From NCBI GenBank assembly GCA_023444045.1, contig JAEZRQ010000002.1, positions 12,102 to 76,101 on the forward strand: a DNA stretch of 64,000 nucleotides. Reading direction: 5' to 3'. Within the stretch, counting starts at the first letter, position 1. Each line of letters begins with the position of its first letter. The DNA is from Candidatus Parcubacteria bacterium (lineage in GTDB: Bacteria; Patescibacteriota; Patescibacteriia; Patescibacteriales; UBA12465). Under the pieces are notes generated by a model. It was not told the origin of the DNA, made no database searches, and worked only from the letters and a program-made list of their open reading frames with translations. Shown piece by piece: positions 8,728 through 17,332 of this stretch. A program made the position numbers and the translations under genes.

Positions 8728-9258
8728 ATGACTGAAAAAATAATGGACCTTGAAGAGATGATTAAAAAGGTTGATGATTTAAAAAAAGATAATAAACTAG
8801 ACCTGTCTAGTGATCAAGATCTTTCAATTGCAATTATGAATTTAATTTCAATTGAAGAACACTTCTTTTTTACGGGCGCAAAAACTGGCAAACCAGAATA
8901 TTACGATTTGTTAGATGAGGTAAGGGAGATGCGTAAACAACTACTTAAAAAAATTATTAAAGAATACGAGGGAGAGGTGTGGTGTATTTCTAAACATTTA
9001 CTGGCCGCCTCTTACCGTTTAATGGAAGTTGGAACTAAGGCTCAAGGAAAGGGTAATAAAGACGAGGCAAATGATATGTTCCAAAAATCTTATGAACTTT
9101 ATTCCCTGTTTTGGGGTTTAAATATGAAGTTGATAGACACTGGCGATATTAAAAAGATTGATGATGATGCCCTAGATAATAGGGACACTGAGAAGAAAGG
9201 ATTCGCCGGCAAGTTGGGGGCTTTAGTTAAAAAAGCCATCAACTGTTGTCTAGAGTAA
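8728..9258 (+). CDS. Hypothetical soluble protein
   Basis: 176-aa ORF lying 4 nt after the previous stop. Helical and charged, ending ...AINCCLE. No family recognised. Confidence 0.5.
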   Translation: MTEKIMDLEEMIKKVDDLKKDNKLDLSSDQDLSIAIMNLISIEEHFFFTGAKTGKPEYYDLLDEVREMRKQLLKKIIKEYEGEVWCISKHLLAASYRLMEVGTKAQGKGNKDEANDMFQKSYELYSLFWGLNMKLIDTGDIKKIDDDALDNRDTEKKGFAGKLGALVKKAINCCLE

Positions 9259-9265
9259 AGATTAT

Positions 9266-9301
9266 AAAAATAAGCCCTACGGAATCAGGGCTTATTTTTT
9301 T
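9266..9301. terminator. Bidirectional terminator
   Basis: ataagccct-acggaatc-agggcttat is a 9-bp stem flanked by an A-run and a T-run, sitting between convergent genes. Confidence 0.7.
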
Positions 9302-9917
9302 ATGAGTTAAATTGTTGATTGTTAAATATTTTTAAGTCTTCCGGGTCAGCTTTATCATCTAATAAAATTAAATCTGAATTACCGAAGTGAAAGGATCTAA
9401 GAACTGACTCCCAGGGCAAATCATAATAAGCGGCATAAATCATTTTACCAAAGTCACCGTGCCCCACTAATAAGATATTGCCGTCTTGATGCTTGTCTTT
9501 AATTTTTTTAATTAACTTTTTAGCTCTAACAATTAAATCGGGAAATGATTCCGCTCCACTGGCTTTTAAGAAATAAGTTATTTTTTCGGTTTCTAAAATA
9601 TTAGGAAAACATAACTTGGGGATATCTAACACTTTTTGCCCACCAAGTACTCCAAAATCGCGCTCTATTAAAAGCGGTTCTATTATTGGCTCTGGCATTT
9701 CTAGCTCAGTGGTGACTGACAGAGCCGTTTGATAAGCTCTCTGTAACGGCGAACTATAAACTGCTGTAAAAACCACTCCCGACTGTTTAATAAAAGAGGC
9801 TAATTGACGAGCCTGATTCTGTCCAATAGCGCTCAGTGGTTGATCACGGTGACCATTTAAAATTCCCTGCTCATTATCCAAATCTTGCCCGTGTCTGGTT
9901 AAATAAATTTTTAGCAT
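9300..9917 (-). CDS. Histidine phosphatase family protein (phosphoglycerate-mutase-like)
   Basis: 205 aa. LTRHGQDLDNEQGILNGHRDQPLS carries the RHG catalytic motif, and a later LVGHGDF carries the second His. Confidence 0.75.
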   Translation of the reverse strand: MLKIYLTRHGQDLDNEQGILNGHRDQPLSAIGQNQARQLASFIKQSGVVFTAVYSSPLQRAYQTALSVTTELEMPEPIIEPLLIERDFGVLGGQKVLDIPKLCFPNILETEKITYFLKASGAESFPDLIVRAKKLIKKIKDKHQDGNILLVGHGDFGKMIYAAYYDLPWESVLRSFHFGNSDLILLDDKADPEDLKIFNNQQFNS

Positions 9918-10477
9918 AAGTTTTCTAGAATTGTTTGCAGTCCCGCCTTAGTTTTAGAAGAATAAAACAAAACCGGAAAATCTTTAAGCTGATTTTTTAT
10001 TTTTTGTTGCTGGTTTATAAATTCATTTTTTTTAAGTTTATCAATCTTGTTGGCAATTACTAAAACTTCCCGACCATGATTTTTAAGCACTTCTAAGATT
10101 TCCAAATCATCTTTTGTGGGACCAACTTTAGCATCAATAATCTGGATTACTTTCTGAGGGTGAAAATTATCATTAAAAAGATACCAATTAATCAAATCAT
10201 GCAGCCAATCTCTATCTGTTTTAGATAGCTTTGCAAAACCATAGCCAGGCAAATCAATAAAGTACACATTATCATTAATTAAAAACAGATTTAAGCCTTG
10301 AGTTCGGCCAGGAGAAGAGCTAGTAATAGCTAAATTCTTCTGCCCAGTTAGAGCATTGATGGTACTTGATTTACCGACATTAGAGCGACCAATAAAAGCA
10401 AACTGCGGTAAGCCGTCTTTAAGCGCTTCATCCTCACCAACCATAGTTTTGATAAATTTTGCGGAGCTTATTTTCAT
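9911..10477 (-). CDS. engB: Ribosome-biogenesis GTPase EngB/YsxC
   Basis: 188 aa. G1 GRSNVGKSS, G3 DLPGYG, G4 NKIDK, and the characteristic EngB length. Confidence 0.85.
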   Translation of the reverse strand: MKISSAKFIKTMVGEDEALKDGLPQFAFIGRSNVGKSSTINALTGQKNLAITSSSPGRTQGLNLFLINDNVYFIDLPGYGFAKLSKTDRDWLHDLINWYLFNDNFHPQKVIQIIDAKVGPTKDDLEILEVLKNHGREVLVIANKIDKLKKNEFINQQQKIKNQLKDFPVLFYSSKTKAGLQTILENLC

Positions 10478-10481
10478 ATAT

Positions 10482-11360
10482 TTATTTCTCTACTATAATA
10501 ACAGTTTTTTCTTCACCCACAATCTCTTGATGATATCCGGTGGGATAAACTCTAATAGCTTTATAAAGGAGATTTTCGTTGTAGCGATAGTTCTCTCCGT
10601 TTCTGGTTCCTGGATCGTTGGTAATAAAAGTTTTCTTAGCGGCATCATACCCTGTAATTACCACCATATGCCGTTCCGGTCCGGGGCTCTTAAAATTAGG
10701 ATTCTTAAGGGCTTGTCCATTGGTTGGTGCTAGTATAATGCTCCCTGCTGCTAAATCTTTTTTCATTTGTTCTAAAGTAGTGTTTTCAAGTAATCTGACC
10801 TTATCATACTTAAACCAGTCTTTAAAGATCCAACTAACAACATCTTCCACATGAACATCAAGCGCCTCGCCATATTTTTCTTTTTCAAAATTAGATATTT
10901 CAAGGATTAAATCCCGAGCCTCAGTCTTATCTAACTTGGTCTTTCCGCTAACCCAAGCCATTGCCATGATAGCGGCCGCTTCTTCGCAACCGTCTTGTTG
11001 ATAAATGTCATCCCACTGAGATAATGGTGCTTGAGAGATGAAAGGAACCACTGCTTTAGAACTTAACGATTCAACCGCACTTACTTCAGGGGTGCTTGAA
11101 GGAGGACTTATAATTTCTGACTCAATTAATTGCTCTTTAGTTGGCGTAGTCACTGAGTCAATAAGTTCTTCTGGGCTGGTGATAGGAAAAACACCCATCT
11201 CTTGACTAAGCAATAAACCCATTTCAACCTCAGGAGTGGAGGGTGATGGTTTAACAGGAGTGGAGGGTGATGGTTTAATTGGTTTAAAAAAGAACACCAA
11301 AAAAACAAAAATAATAACAAGAAAAAGTAAGAGAAAAATTTTTAACTTATTGCTCCTCAT
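10482..11360 (-). CDS. Secreted/membrane-anchored peptidase C39-like (papain-fold) domain protein
   Basis: VPFISQAPLSQWDD...DGCEEAAAIMAMAW has the Peptidase_C39_2-type Cys motif. N-terminal TM plus a PSPSTP tandem repeat. I prefer the start MRSNKLKIF (11360) over the track start at 11411, which overlaps the upstream gene by 65 nt. Confidence 0.6.
   Translation of the reverse strand: MRSNKLKIFLLLFLVIIFVFLVFFFKPIKPSPSTPVKPSPSTPEVEMGLLLSQEMGVFPITSPEELIDSVTTPTKEQLIESEIISPPSSTPEVSAVESLSSKAVVPFISQAPLSQWDDIYQQDGCEEAAAIMAMAWVSGKTKLDKTEARDLILEISNFEKEKYGEALDVHVEDVVSWIFKDWFKYDKVRLLENTTLEQMKKDLAAGSIILAPTNGQALKNPNFKSPGPERHMVVITGYDAAKKTFITNDPGTRNGENYRYNENLLYKAIRVYPTGYHQEIVGEEKTVIIVEK
11232..11279. repeat. 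24-nt tandem duplication inside the C39-like gene
   Basis: aggagtggagggtgatggtttaac / aggagtggagggtgatggtttaat (23/24 identical). It encodes (I/V)KPSPSTP twice. Confidence 0.9.
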
Positions 11361-12036
11361 CTTTTTTAAATAAACTTCTAATTTTATCGCGCTCCATTTT
11401 TCCTTTTTCAAAAGAGTTTGGTGAGGTGCGATTAGCCTTGGAAATTATTTCCCCCGGATTATCACTAACATAAGACGGATGACCAAAGGGGCGACAACCT
11501 AAAGCTGCTCCTGACTCTAAGCAAACCAAATCAATCTTTTTTCTTTTTTCCTCAGAAAACCCCTCTCCTACAGAAGTTACACCTAATTTAACATTACTAA
11601 AACCAATTCTTTTTAAAAAATATTCTACCGAAAACAGAGATATTCCAGAATGAATACAGGAATCATAAAGTAAAATAGGATCTTCTTTATTAATATTTTT
11701 AAAGATGCTGGCAAATTTATCTGATAACTCTTCAAGATCATCATTGTTTATAAAAAAGGGTGATTCCACTATTATGGAGTTAACAAACTCTTCTGGGTTA
11801 ATAAAATAAATATTTGGAGCTTTTTCATTTTCACCTACTTCTTTCCAAGCTTCTTGCAATCCAACACTCGCCTGTCTGGCGCTATTATCCAAAAACATGA
11901 CATTATTAATCTTTTCCTGTTTAAGATAATTAGCTAAGCGATAGCTAGCTTCAAAGACATCTTCCTTAGCTTCTTTAGTATTTAAGAAGTTGTCATTATC
12001 ATCACTAAATTTTTTAAACTGCGGAAATTTTTCCAT
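11347..12036 (-). CDS. Hypothetical protein, possible phosphoribosyltransferase-like fold
   Basis: 229 aa. PILLYDSCIHSGISL loosely resembles the PRTase PRPP loop (hydrophobic-D-x-x-x-x-S/T-G). Weak evidence. Confidence 0.35.
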   Translation of the reverse strand: MEKFPQFKKFSDDNDNFLNTKEAKEDVFEASYRLANYLKQEKINNVMFLDNSARQASVGLQEAWKEVGENEKAPNIYFINPEEFVNSIIVESPFFINNDDLEELSDKFASIFKNINKEDPILLYDSCIHSGISLFSVEYFLKRIGFSNVKLGVTSVGEGFSEEKRKKIDLVCLESGAALGCRPFGHPSYVSDNPGEIISKANRTSPNSFEKGKMERDKIRSLFKKDEEQ

Positions 12037-12048
12037 AAAGTTAATATT

Positions 12049-12531
12049 TTATTTTTTTGGATAATTTTCATTTTCCCCTCTTAAGTAAGCCGCTAAGGCA
12101 GACAAAAAATTACTATCAGCTAAAGCAGCGTCATGAGAAGACAGATAGCCGGGATATTTATTATAAAAAACCATTTGCTTTTGTTCTGTGTTTTGATATC
12201 GACCTTCACTACCGACTCCATGCATCGGGAAAAGTTTGGCGTGTAGATAATTAACCCCTAACCCCTCAAAAATTAAGCCCACCCGACCAACATCAGGTAA
12301 GCGTTCTTCCAAAATTTTCGCTACCTTCTTACTGGCCACCATCAAGGCCGCCAGAGATTCATCGGCTACCTCAGCAAAATAGCTGGGTTCATATTTTTTA
12401 GGAATAACCACCGTAACACCATCAGTATTAGGAAAAATTGAAAGAAAGGCCAAATGATTATCATCCTCCCAAACCTTGTGACAGGGAATTTCGCCTTTAA
12501 TTATTTTGTGAAAAATTGTTTCTTCTGGCAT
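12049..12531 (-). CDS. HIT-family (histidine triad) hydrolase
   Basis: 160 aa. N-terminal IFHKIIKGEIPCHKVWEDDNHLAFLSIFP is the canonical HIT N-terminus. It has a variant triad region, YLHAKLFPMHG. Confidence 0.65.
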   Translation of the reverse strand: MPEETIFHKIIKGEIPCHKVWEDDNHLAFLSIFPNTDGVTVVIPKKYEPSYFAEVADESLAALMVASKKVAKILEERLPDVGRVGLIFEGLGVNYLHAKLFPMHGVGSEGRYQNTEQKQMVFYNKYPGYLSSHDAALADSNFLSALAAYLRGENENYPKK

Positions 12532-12581
12532 ATTTTTGAAGTTATTATCTAGCTTTATTATACCCTATTTTAGGGGAAAAA

Positions 12582-12620
12582 CGAAAAAGACTTGCGCTTT
12601 CGGTTTTGTTTCGGTATAAT
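12582..12620 (+). promoter_or_regulatory. lexA promoter with candidate operator repeats
   Basis: TTGCGC (12592-12597), 17-nt spacer, TATAAT (12615-12620). TTTCGGT occurs twice in the spacer (12598-12604 and 12609-12615, 11-bp period), and an inverted CGAAA sits at 12582-12586. Confidence 0.4.
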
Positions 12621-12646
12621 ATAGAAGTAATTTAAAAAATAACTAT

Positions 12647-13261
12647 ATGCCCACCTTAACCAAAAAACAAAAAGAAGTCTACGACTATGTTGAAGACTAC
12701 ATTAAAGAAAATGGCTACGCCCCTTCTCTACCGGAGATTCGCGACCACTTTCAAATCTCGGCTATTTCCACCGTTCATGAGCACCTAAACACTTTAATTA
12801 AAAAAGGGGTTTTAAAAAGAACCAAAAATGTTTCCCGGAGCTTGGAAGTGGTTGGTAAAAGAATGGCTGATATGATGAAGGTGCCACTAGTAGGAATGAT
12901 CACTGCTGGAAAGCCAATTGAAGCCATTGAAATTCCTGATGAGGTTGTAGAGATTGCTAAAGATTCCAGATTCCAAGAAGGCGAGCTCTACGCTCTTAAA
13001 GTCCACGGTAATTCTATGATTGGCGACGGTATATTTGATGGCGATTTTGCCATTATTAAAAAGCAAAATTATGCTGACAACGGCGACACCGTTGTGGCGG
13101 TAATTGATGATAATGAGGCAACCTTAAAAAGATTCTATCGGGAGAAGGATCGAATAAGGCTGCAACCCGCTAATCCTACTTTTTCACCGATTTATCGCAA
13201 AGAGGTGGAAATAAGAGGGATAGTGGTAAAAATAATTAGAGAATTCAGCCGGGTAGTTTAA
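12647..13261 (+). CDS. lexA: LexA repressor
   Basis: 204 aa. N-terminal wHTH (LTKKQKEVYDYVEDYIKENGYAPSLPEIRDHF) and an S24 peptidase domain with GNSM and a downstream K (TLKRF). Confidence 0.9.
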   Translation: MPTLTKKQKEVYDYVEDYIKENGYAPSLPEIRDHFQISAISTVHEHLNTLIKKGVLKRTKNVSRSLEVVGKRMADMMKVPLVGMITAGKPIEAIEIPDEVVEIAKDSRFQEGELYALKVHGNSMIGDGIFDGDFAIIKKQNYADNGDTVVAVIDDNEATLKRFYREKDRIRLQPANPTFSPIYRKEVEIRGIVVKIIREFSRVV

Positions 13262-13282
13262 AATTCAGAGTTTTCTTTTAAA

Positions 13283-13307
13283 AACAGCTTTAAAAAGGCT
13301 GTTTTTA
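13283..13307 (+). terminator. lexA terminator
   Basis: cagcttt-aaa-aaggctg stem followed by TTTTT. Confidence 0.55.
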
Positions 13308-13314
13308 AATAGGC

Positions 13315-13378
13315 TTGACTTTTTTAGAGCCTTAGTTTATAATGGATAATGATTATTAATTAATACTAATTATTAAAT
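13315..13378 (+). promoter_or_regulatory. Promoter plus Fur/PerR-like AT-rich box
   Basis: TTGACT (13315-13320), 17 nt, TATAAT (13338-13343). It is immediately followed by GATAATGATTATTAATTAA (13345-13363), which matches 13/19 to the classical Fur box by my count. Confidence 0.5.
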
Positions 13379-13381
13379 AGT

Positions 13382-13795
13382 ATGAATCTTAGCCCAGCTG
13401 AAATTAATAAGCGATTGGAATCATTTAAAAATGCTAGTCGTACTAAGCGCTTACCGCTTACGCCACAAAAAATAGCTATTTTTAAAATTCTCGCTTCTTC
13501 TTGTTCTCATCCTGATGCCCAAAAAATATATGAAACAGTGAAAAAAACTTTTCCTAGTATTTCTTTGGCGACGGTTTACAAGAATCTAATTAATTTCAGA
13601 AAACTGGGACTCATAAAAGAAATTTCTGTTGCCGGTGCGCCTAGTAAATATGATGCCAAGTTAGAAAATCACAGCCACGCTATTTTTTTAGACAGTGGCG
13701 AAGTCTATGACTTAGGTAGTACCGATAAACAAAAATATCCTAAAAAAATAATGGGTAAAACCGTTAAACGAGTTGAGGTGACTTACTATTTATAA
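13382..13795 (+). CDS. Fur-family regulator, PerR-like by context (no CxxC zinc site)
   Basis: 137 aa. Fur-type wHTH (LTPQKIAIFKILASSCSHPDAQKIYETVKK...SLATVYKNL). A HSHAIF metal-site region is present but no C-terminal CxxC pairs. Lies directly upstream of a peroxiredoxin. Confidence 0.7.
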   Translation: MNLSPAEINKRLESFKNASRTKRLPLTPQKIAIFKILASSCSHPDAQKIYETVKKTFPSISLATVYKNLINFRKLGLIKEISVAGAPSKYDAKLENHSHAIFLDSGEVYDLGSTDKQKYPKKIMGKTVKRVEVTYYL

Positions 13796-13801
13796 AAAAC
13801 C

Positions 13802-14326
13802 ATGCTAAATATCAATTCTCAAGCTCCTAATTTTGAAAAGGTTAAAGCCTATCACCAAGGAGACTTTAAAGAAATCAGCTTAGCTGATTATAAAGGAAAA
13901 TGGCTTGTGCTATTTTTCTACCCTAGAGATTTTACTTTTGTCTGCCCAACTGAGATTAGGGGGTTTGCTAAAATGAGTGAGGAGTTTAAAAACCTCAACT
14001 GCGAAGTAATAGCGGCCTCCACCGATTCAGAGTGGTCACACAAAAATTGGTTTGAAACAGATCTTAAAGAAGTAAATTATCCTGTCCTAGCTGACACCAC
14101 CCAAGCCCTATCTAAAGCTTATGGCGTATTAAACGAAACAGACGGTTCTGCTGACAGAGGTTTATTTATTATTGATCCAGAGGGCTTAATTAAGTATATT
14201 GTTGTTTCGGCCGGCTCAGTAGGACGATCAGTCAATGAAACCCTGAGAGTTCTTAAAGCTATTCAAAGCGGCGATCTTTGTCCGCTTGAATGGCACGAAG
14301 GTGAAAATACTTTGGGCAAGGCTTAA
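13802..14326 (+). CDS. Typical 2-Cys peroxiredoxin (AhpC/TSA family)
   Basis: 174 aa. Peroxidatic DFTFVCPTE motif and a resolving-Cys region, GDLCPLEW. Confidence 0.9.
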   Translation: MLNINSQAPNFEKVKAYHQGDFKEISLADYKGKWLVLFFYPRDFTFVCPTEIRGFAKMSEEFKNLNCEVIAASTDSEWSHKNWFETDLKEVNYPVLADTTQALSKAYGVLNETDGSADRGLFIIDPEGLIKYIVVSAGSVGRSVNETLRVLKAIQSGDLCPLEWHEGENTLGKA

Positions 14327-14333
14327 TATAATT

Positions 14334-14370
14334 AAAAAATAGAGGCTAAATTATAAGGCCTCTATTTTTT
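14334..14370. terminator. Bidirectional terminator
   Basis: aatagaggc...gcctctatt is a 9-bp stem flanked by A/T runs, between convergent genes. Confidence 0.7.
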
Positions 14371-15168
14371 AATTAGTTTTTTTAAAACAAAAGTGATGGT
14401 AAAAATCAAAGTACCAACTAGAACGATGACTGCGCCTGAGGGTAAGTCTAGAAAGTATGATGCGAGCAAGCCAGAGACGACCACCAAAACAGAACTGATG
14501 ACCGTATAAACAACAAATGATTTAAAAGACTTAGAAAATAATTTAGCAATTGCGCTCGGTGTAACAAGCAAAGCGCTAACCAAGATGATGCCAATTAACT
14601 TAATACTTAAAACAATCGCCACAGCGACTGAAATATATAGCAGTAGGTCATAAAACCAAACTCTTAGACCAGAAAGGTAGGCACCAATAGGATCAAAGGT
14701 GCTAAATAATATCTGACGATAGAAAACAATAAGGAAAATAAGAATTAAGGAACCAAAAGCTAAAATATTATAAAAATCAGAAATATTAATGGTTAAGATG
14801 TTGCCAAACAGATAACTGACCAGTTCCGGTTGATACCCCTGATAAAAATGAAGTAGAATAATGCCAACTGCCATGCCGGTAGTAAACATCAGCGCGATGG
14901 CCATGTCACTGGAAATATTGGTTTTCTTCTCTATTAAATATATTAAGATAGCAATAATAACGGCAAAAACAACCGCTACGGGAATTGGTGCCCAACCTAA
15001 CAGTAAGGCTAAAGCAATTCCAGCCAGTGAAGCATGAGCGACGCCGTCACCAATTAGACTCATTTTTCTGGTAACTACAAAAGTGCCCAGCCAACCTAAA
15101 AGAATAGCCATAAAGCTGCCAGAAATTAAAGCTCTAACCATGAAGGGGTAGTTTAAAAAATCAAACAT
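14362..15168 (-). CDS. znuB: Zn/Mn ABC transporter permease (ABC-3 family)
   Basis: Polytopic membrane protein with an ABC-3-type sequence (MFDFLNYPFMVRALI..., GDGVAHASLAGIALA). I prefer the start MFDF (15168) over the track start at 15207. Confidence 0.85.
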   Translation of the reverse strand: MFDFLNYPFMVRALISGSFMAILLGWLGTFVVTRKMSLIGDGVAHASLAGIALALLLGWAPIPVAVVFAVIIAILIYLIEKKTNISSDMAIALMFTTGMAVGIILLHFYQGYQPELVSYLFGNILTINISDFYNILAFGSLILIFLIVFYRQILFSTFDPIGAYLSGLRVWFYDLLLYISVAVAIVLSIKLIGIILVSALLVTPSAIAKLFSKSFKSFVVYTVISSVLVVVSGLLASYFLDLPSGAVIVLVGTLIFTITFVLKKLIKK

Positions 15169-15169
15169 A

Positions 15170-15886
15170 TTAGTGATGTTGGTGATAAAGACCAATACTG
15201 GTCCCATAAAGATTATTTAAAGTCTCTGGCGTGATAACAGTTTCCGGCTTACCAGAGCAGACTACTTTTTTATTAAGACAAATAACTTCATCAGCGTAGC
15301 GACTAACGACACTTAGTTCATGAGAAACAATCAGACAAGTAGTTTTTCGCTCCTGATTAATCTTTTTTATTAGATCATAGATAGTACGCCCACCAGCAAT
15401 ATCAACGCCGGTGGCTGGTTCATCAAAAATCAGAATTGCTTTCTCGTGAAGCAAAGCACGAGCAATCATTACCCTTTGAAATTGTCCACCAGAGAGTTCC
15501 CCCAACTTACTTTTTTCTAAATTAGCTAAACCGACAGACTTAAGGACTTCACTAATACGACCTGGGGCATGTTGTTGATTGCCGCATTTTTCTAAAGCAA
15601 TAAATTCATAAACCGAGATTGGAATACTACGATCAAAATCAAAGCGCTGCGGCACATAGCCAATATGACGTACCACTCTTTCTGGATCTTTATCAAAAAC
15701 CTTAACCGAACCACTGCTTGGCTGATAAGCACCAATAATATTTTTTAAAAGAGTAGTTTTCCCTGATCCATTAGGGCCAATAATAGCAACGATTTTACCT
15801 TGCTCAATTTCAAAACTGACATCATCCAAGATGAGGGAGCTATCAAATTTAAAACTTAAATTTTTTAGACTAACTGCTTTTTTCAT
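15170..15886 (-). CDS. znuC: Zn/Mn ABC transporter ATPase
   Basis: 238 aa. Walker A GPNGSGKTT, signature LSGGQFQR, Walker B ILIFDEP, H-loop VSHE. Confidence 0.9.
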   Translation of the reverse strand: MKKAVSLKNLSFKFDSSLILDDVSFEIEQGKIVAIIGPNGSGKTTLLKNIIGAYQPSSGSVKVFDKDPERVVRHIGYVPQRFDFDRSIPISVYEFIALEKCGNQQHAPGRISEVLKSVGLANLEKSKLGELSGGQFQRVMIARALLHEKAILIFDEPATGVDIAGGRTIYDLIKKINQERKTTCLIVSHELSVVSRYADEVICLNKKVVCSGKPETVITPETLNNLYGTSIGLYHQHH

Positions 15887-15887
15887 A

Positions 15888-16814
15888 TTATTTATTTAAA
15901 GCATTATAGATATTATTAACATTGTAACTGATTAAATCCAAATAATTATCTCTCTCGACCAGGCCACCAATTGGATCTAAAATAGCTACCTCTACGCCTA
16001 AATCTTGAGCTAAAGTACTAATTGCCTCTTTAGATAACTGCGGCTCTACAAAGAGAGAGTTGATATTATTTTCTTTAACTTCCTCTTGAAGCTTAATTAA
16101 ATATTGTGGCGTCGGTGTTTTACCTGGGAAGGGCTCAAAGGTGGCGACAATTTCCAGACCAAAGTAATCAGCAAAATAGCCCCAGGCATCATGAAAGACT
16201 ACTAATTCTTTCCTATTTAATTTACTAATCTTATCTTCCCATTCTGCATTTTTGACCTCTAATTCGCTAATAAAATTATCGGCGTTCCTTAAATAGTAGT
16301 GACCATTTTCTGGATCTAAAAGTGACAACTCTATACTTATCTTCTGAACCATTAAAATAGCGTTATTTGGGCTAAGCCAATAATGAGGATCTAAATCTCC
16401 ATGCTCATGTTCATCTTCGTGCTCGTCTTCATGGTCATGTCCTTGAACTTTAAATGGCTTTAAAGAAACTGATTCTTCTAAGCTAACCACTCTAACATCA
16501 TCTTCTTGAATTAATTTTTCAGCCCAAGAATCTACCCCCGCCCCGATAGTGAAAAGAAGGTTGATGTCTTGCGTTTCCTTAACTTTAGCAGGAGAAACCT
16601 CATAAGTGTGTGGGCTGGCTCCGGGAGGAAGAATTAGAATCGCCTCAACTTTTTCACCGCCAATACTCCTGACTAAATCATAGAGTGGGAAAATAGTGGC
16701 CGCCACCTTGACTTTACTAGCCTGGTTATCCTCAGCTTTATCATTTTTAGTAAAGGTAAAAAATAAAACTAAAATTGTTATTAAAATTAATATAGTAATA
16801 ATTATTTTTTTCAT
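15888..16814 (-). CDS. znuA: Metal-binding lipoprotein/SBP (cluster A-I) with His/Asp/Glu-rich loop, probably zinc
   Basis: 308 aa with a signal/TM N-terminus. Contains an HDHEDEHEDEHEHGDLDPHYWLSP loop plus the conserved PHYW motif. Confidence 0.85.
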   Translation of the reverse strand: MKKIIITILILITILVLFFTFTKNDKAEDNQASKVKVAATIFPLYDLVRSIGGEKVEAILILPPGASPHTYEVSPAKVKETQDINLLFTIGAGVDSWAEKLIQEDDVRVVSLEESVSLKPFKVQGHDHEDEHEDEHEHGDLDPHYWLSPNNAILMVQKISIELSLLDPENGHYYLRNADNFISELEVKNAEWEDKISKLNRKELVVFHDAWGYFADYFGLEIVATFEPFPGKTPTPQYLIKLQEEVKENNINSLFVEPQLSKEAISTLAQDLGVEVAILDPIGGLVERDNYLDLISYNVNNIYNALNK

Positions 16815-16820
16815 ATTTTA

Positions 16821-17240
16821 TTAACGGCACTTCTTGCAAAGTCCATAAAATTCTAGAGAATGCCCGGTTACTTGAAATTTTTCTTTTTTAAAAATATTTT
16901 TTTCTTCTTGATGCAAGTGATTATCCATTTTAATGGTTTGCACCTGATTGCAATTTAAACAAATTAAATGATGACAATGATCGTGGGCTAATTCATAAAG
17001 CGATGGCGCCTTAATTAACTTCACTTCTCTAATAAAATTATGAGCTGTCAAAAACTTTAACTCCCGATAAATAGTACTGCGGTTAACTAATAGATTCTTT
17101 TTTTTATGAAAAAAAGAAAGAATCTCGGCACCAGAAACCGGATTATTCTTGTTATTTAAAAAATCTAAAAGTATTTTTCTGGTTTTAGTTATCCTACCGC
17201 CACAAAGTTTAATGTTTTTTATTAATTCCTCGTTTTTCAT
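16821..17240 (-). CDS. zur: Fur-family zinc uptake regulator
   Basis: 139 aa. wHTH, HDHCHHLICLNCNQV and a C-terminal CKKC (two CxxC pairs). It is the first gene of the znu operon. Confidence 0.8.
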   Translation of the reverse strand: MKNEELIKNIKLCGGRITKTRKILLDFLNNKNNPVSGAEILSFFHKKKNLLVNRSTIYRELKFLTAHNFIREVKLIKAPSLYELAHDHCHHLICLNCNQVQTIKMDNHLHQEEKNIFKKEKFQVTGHSLEFYGLCKKCR

Positions 17241-17242
17241 AT

Positions 17243-17290
17243 GTTAATAATTGTCAGTTAATAATAACGCAACACTGTTGCGTTTGTCAA
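17243..17290 (-). promoter_or_regulatory. zur-znu promoter with 8-1-8 perfect palindrome in the spacer
   Basis: Minus strand has TTGACA (17290-17285), an 18-nt spacer and TATTAT (17266-17261). The palindrome ACGCAACACTGTTGCGT (17267-17283) fills the spacer. A direct repeat GTTAATAA occurs at 17243-17250 and 17257-17264. Confidence 0.55.
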
Positions 17291-17294
17291 TGGG

Positions 17295-17323
17295 TAAAAA
17301 AATAAGCACATTGGCGCTTATTT
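17295..17323 (-). terminator. Terminator of the glycosyltransferase operon
   Basis: Minus strand reads aataagcgc-caat-gtgcttatt followed by TTTTTTT. Confidence 0.6.
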
Positions 17324-17332
17324 TAGACTAAA

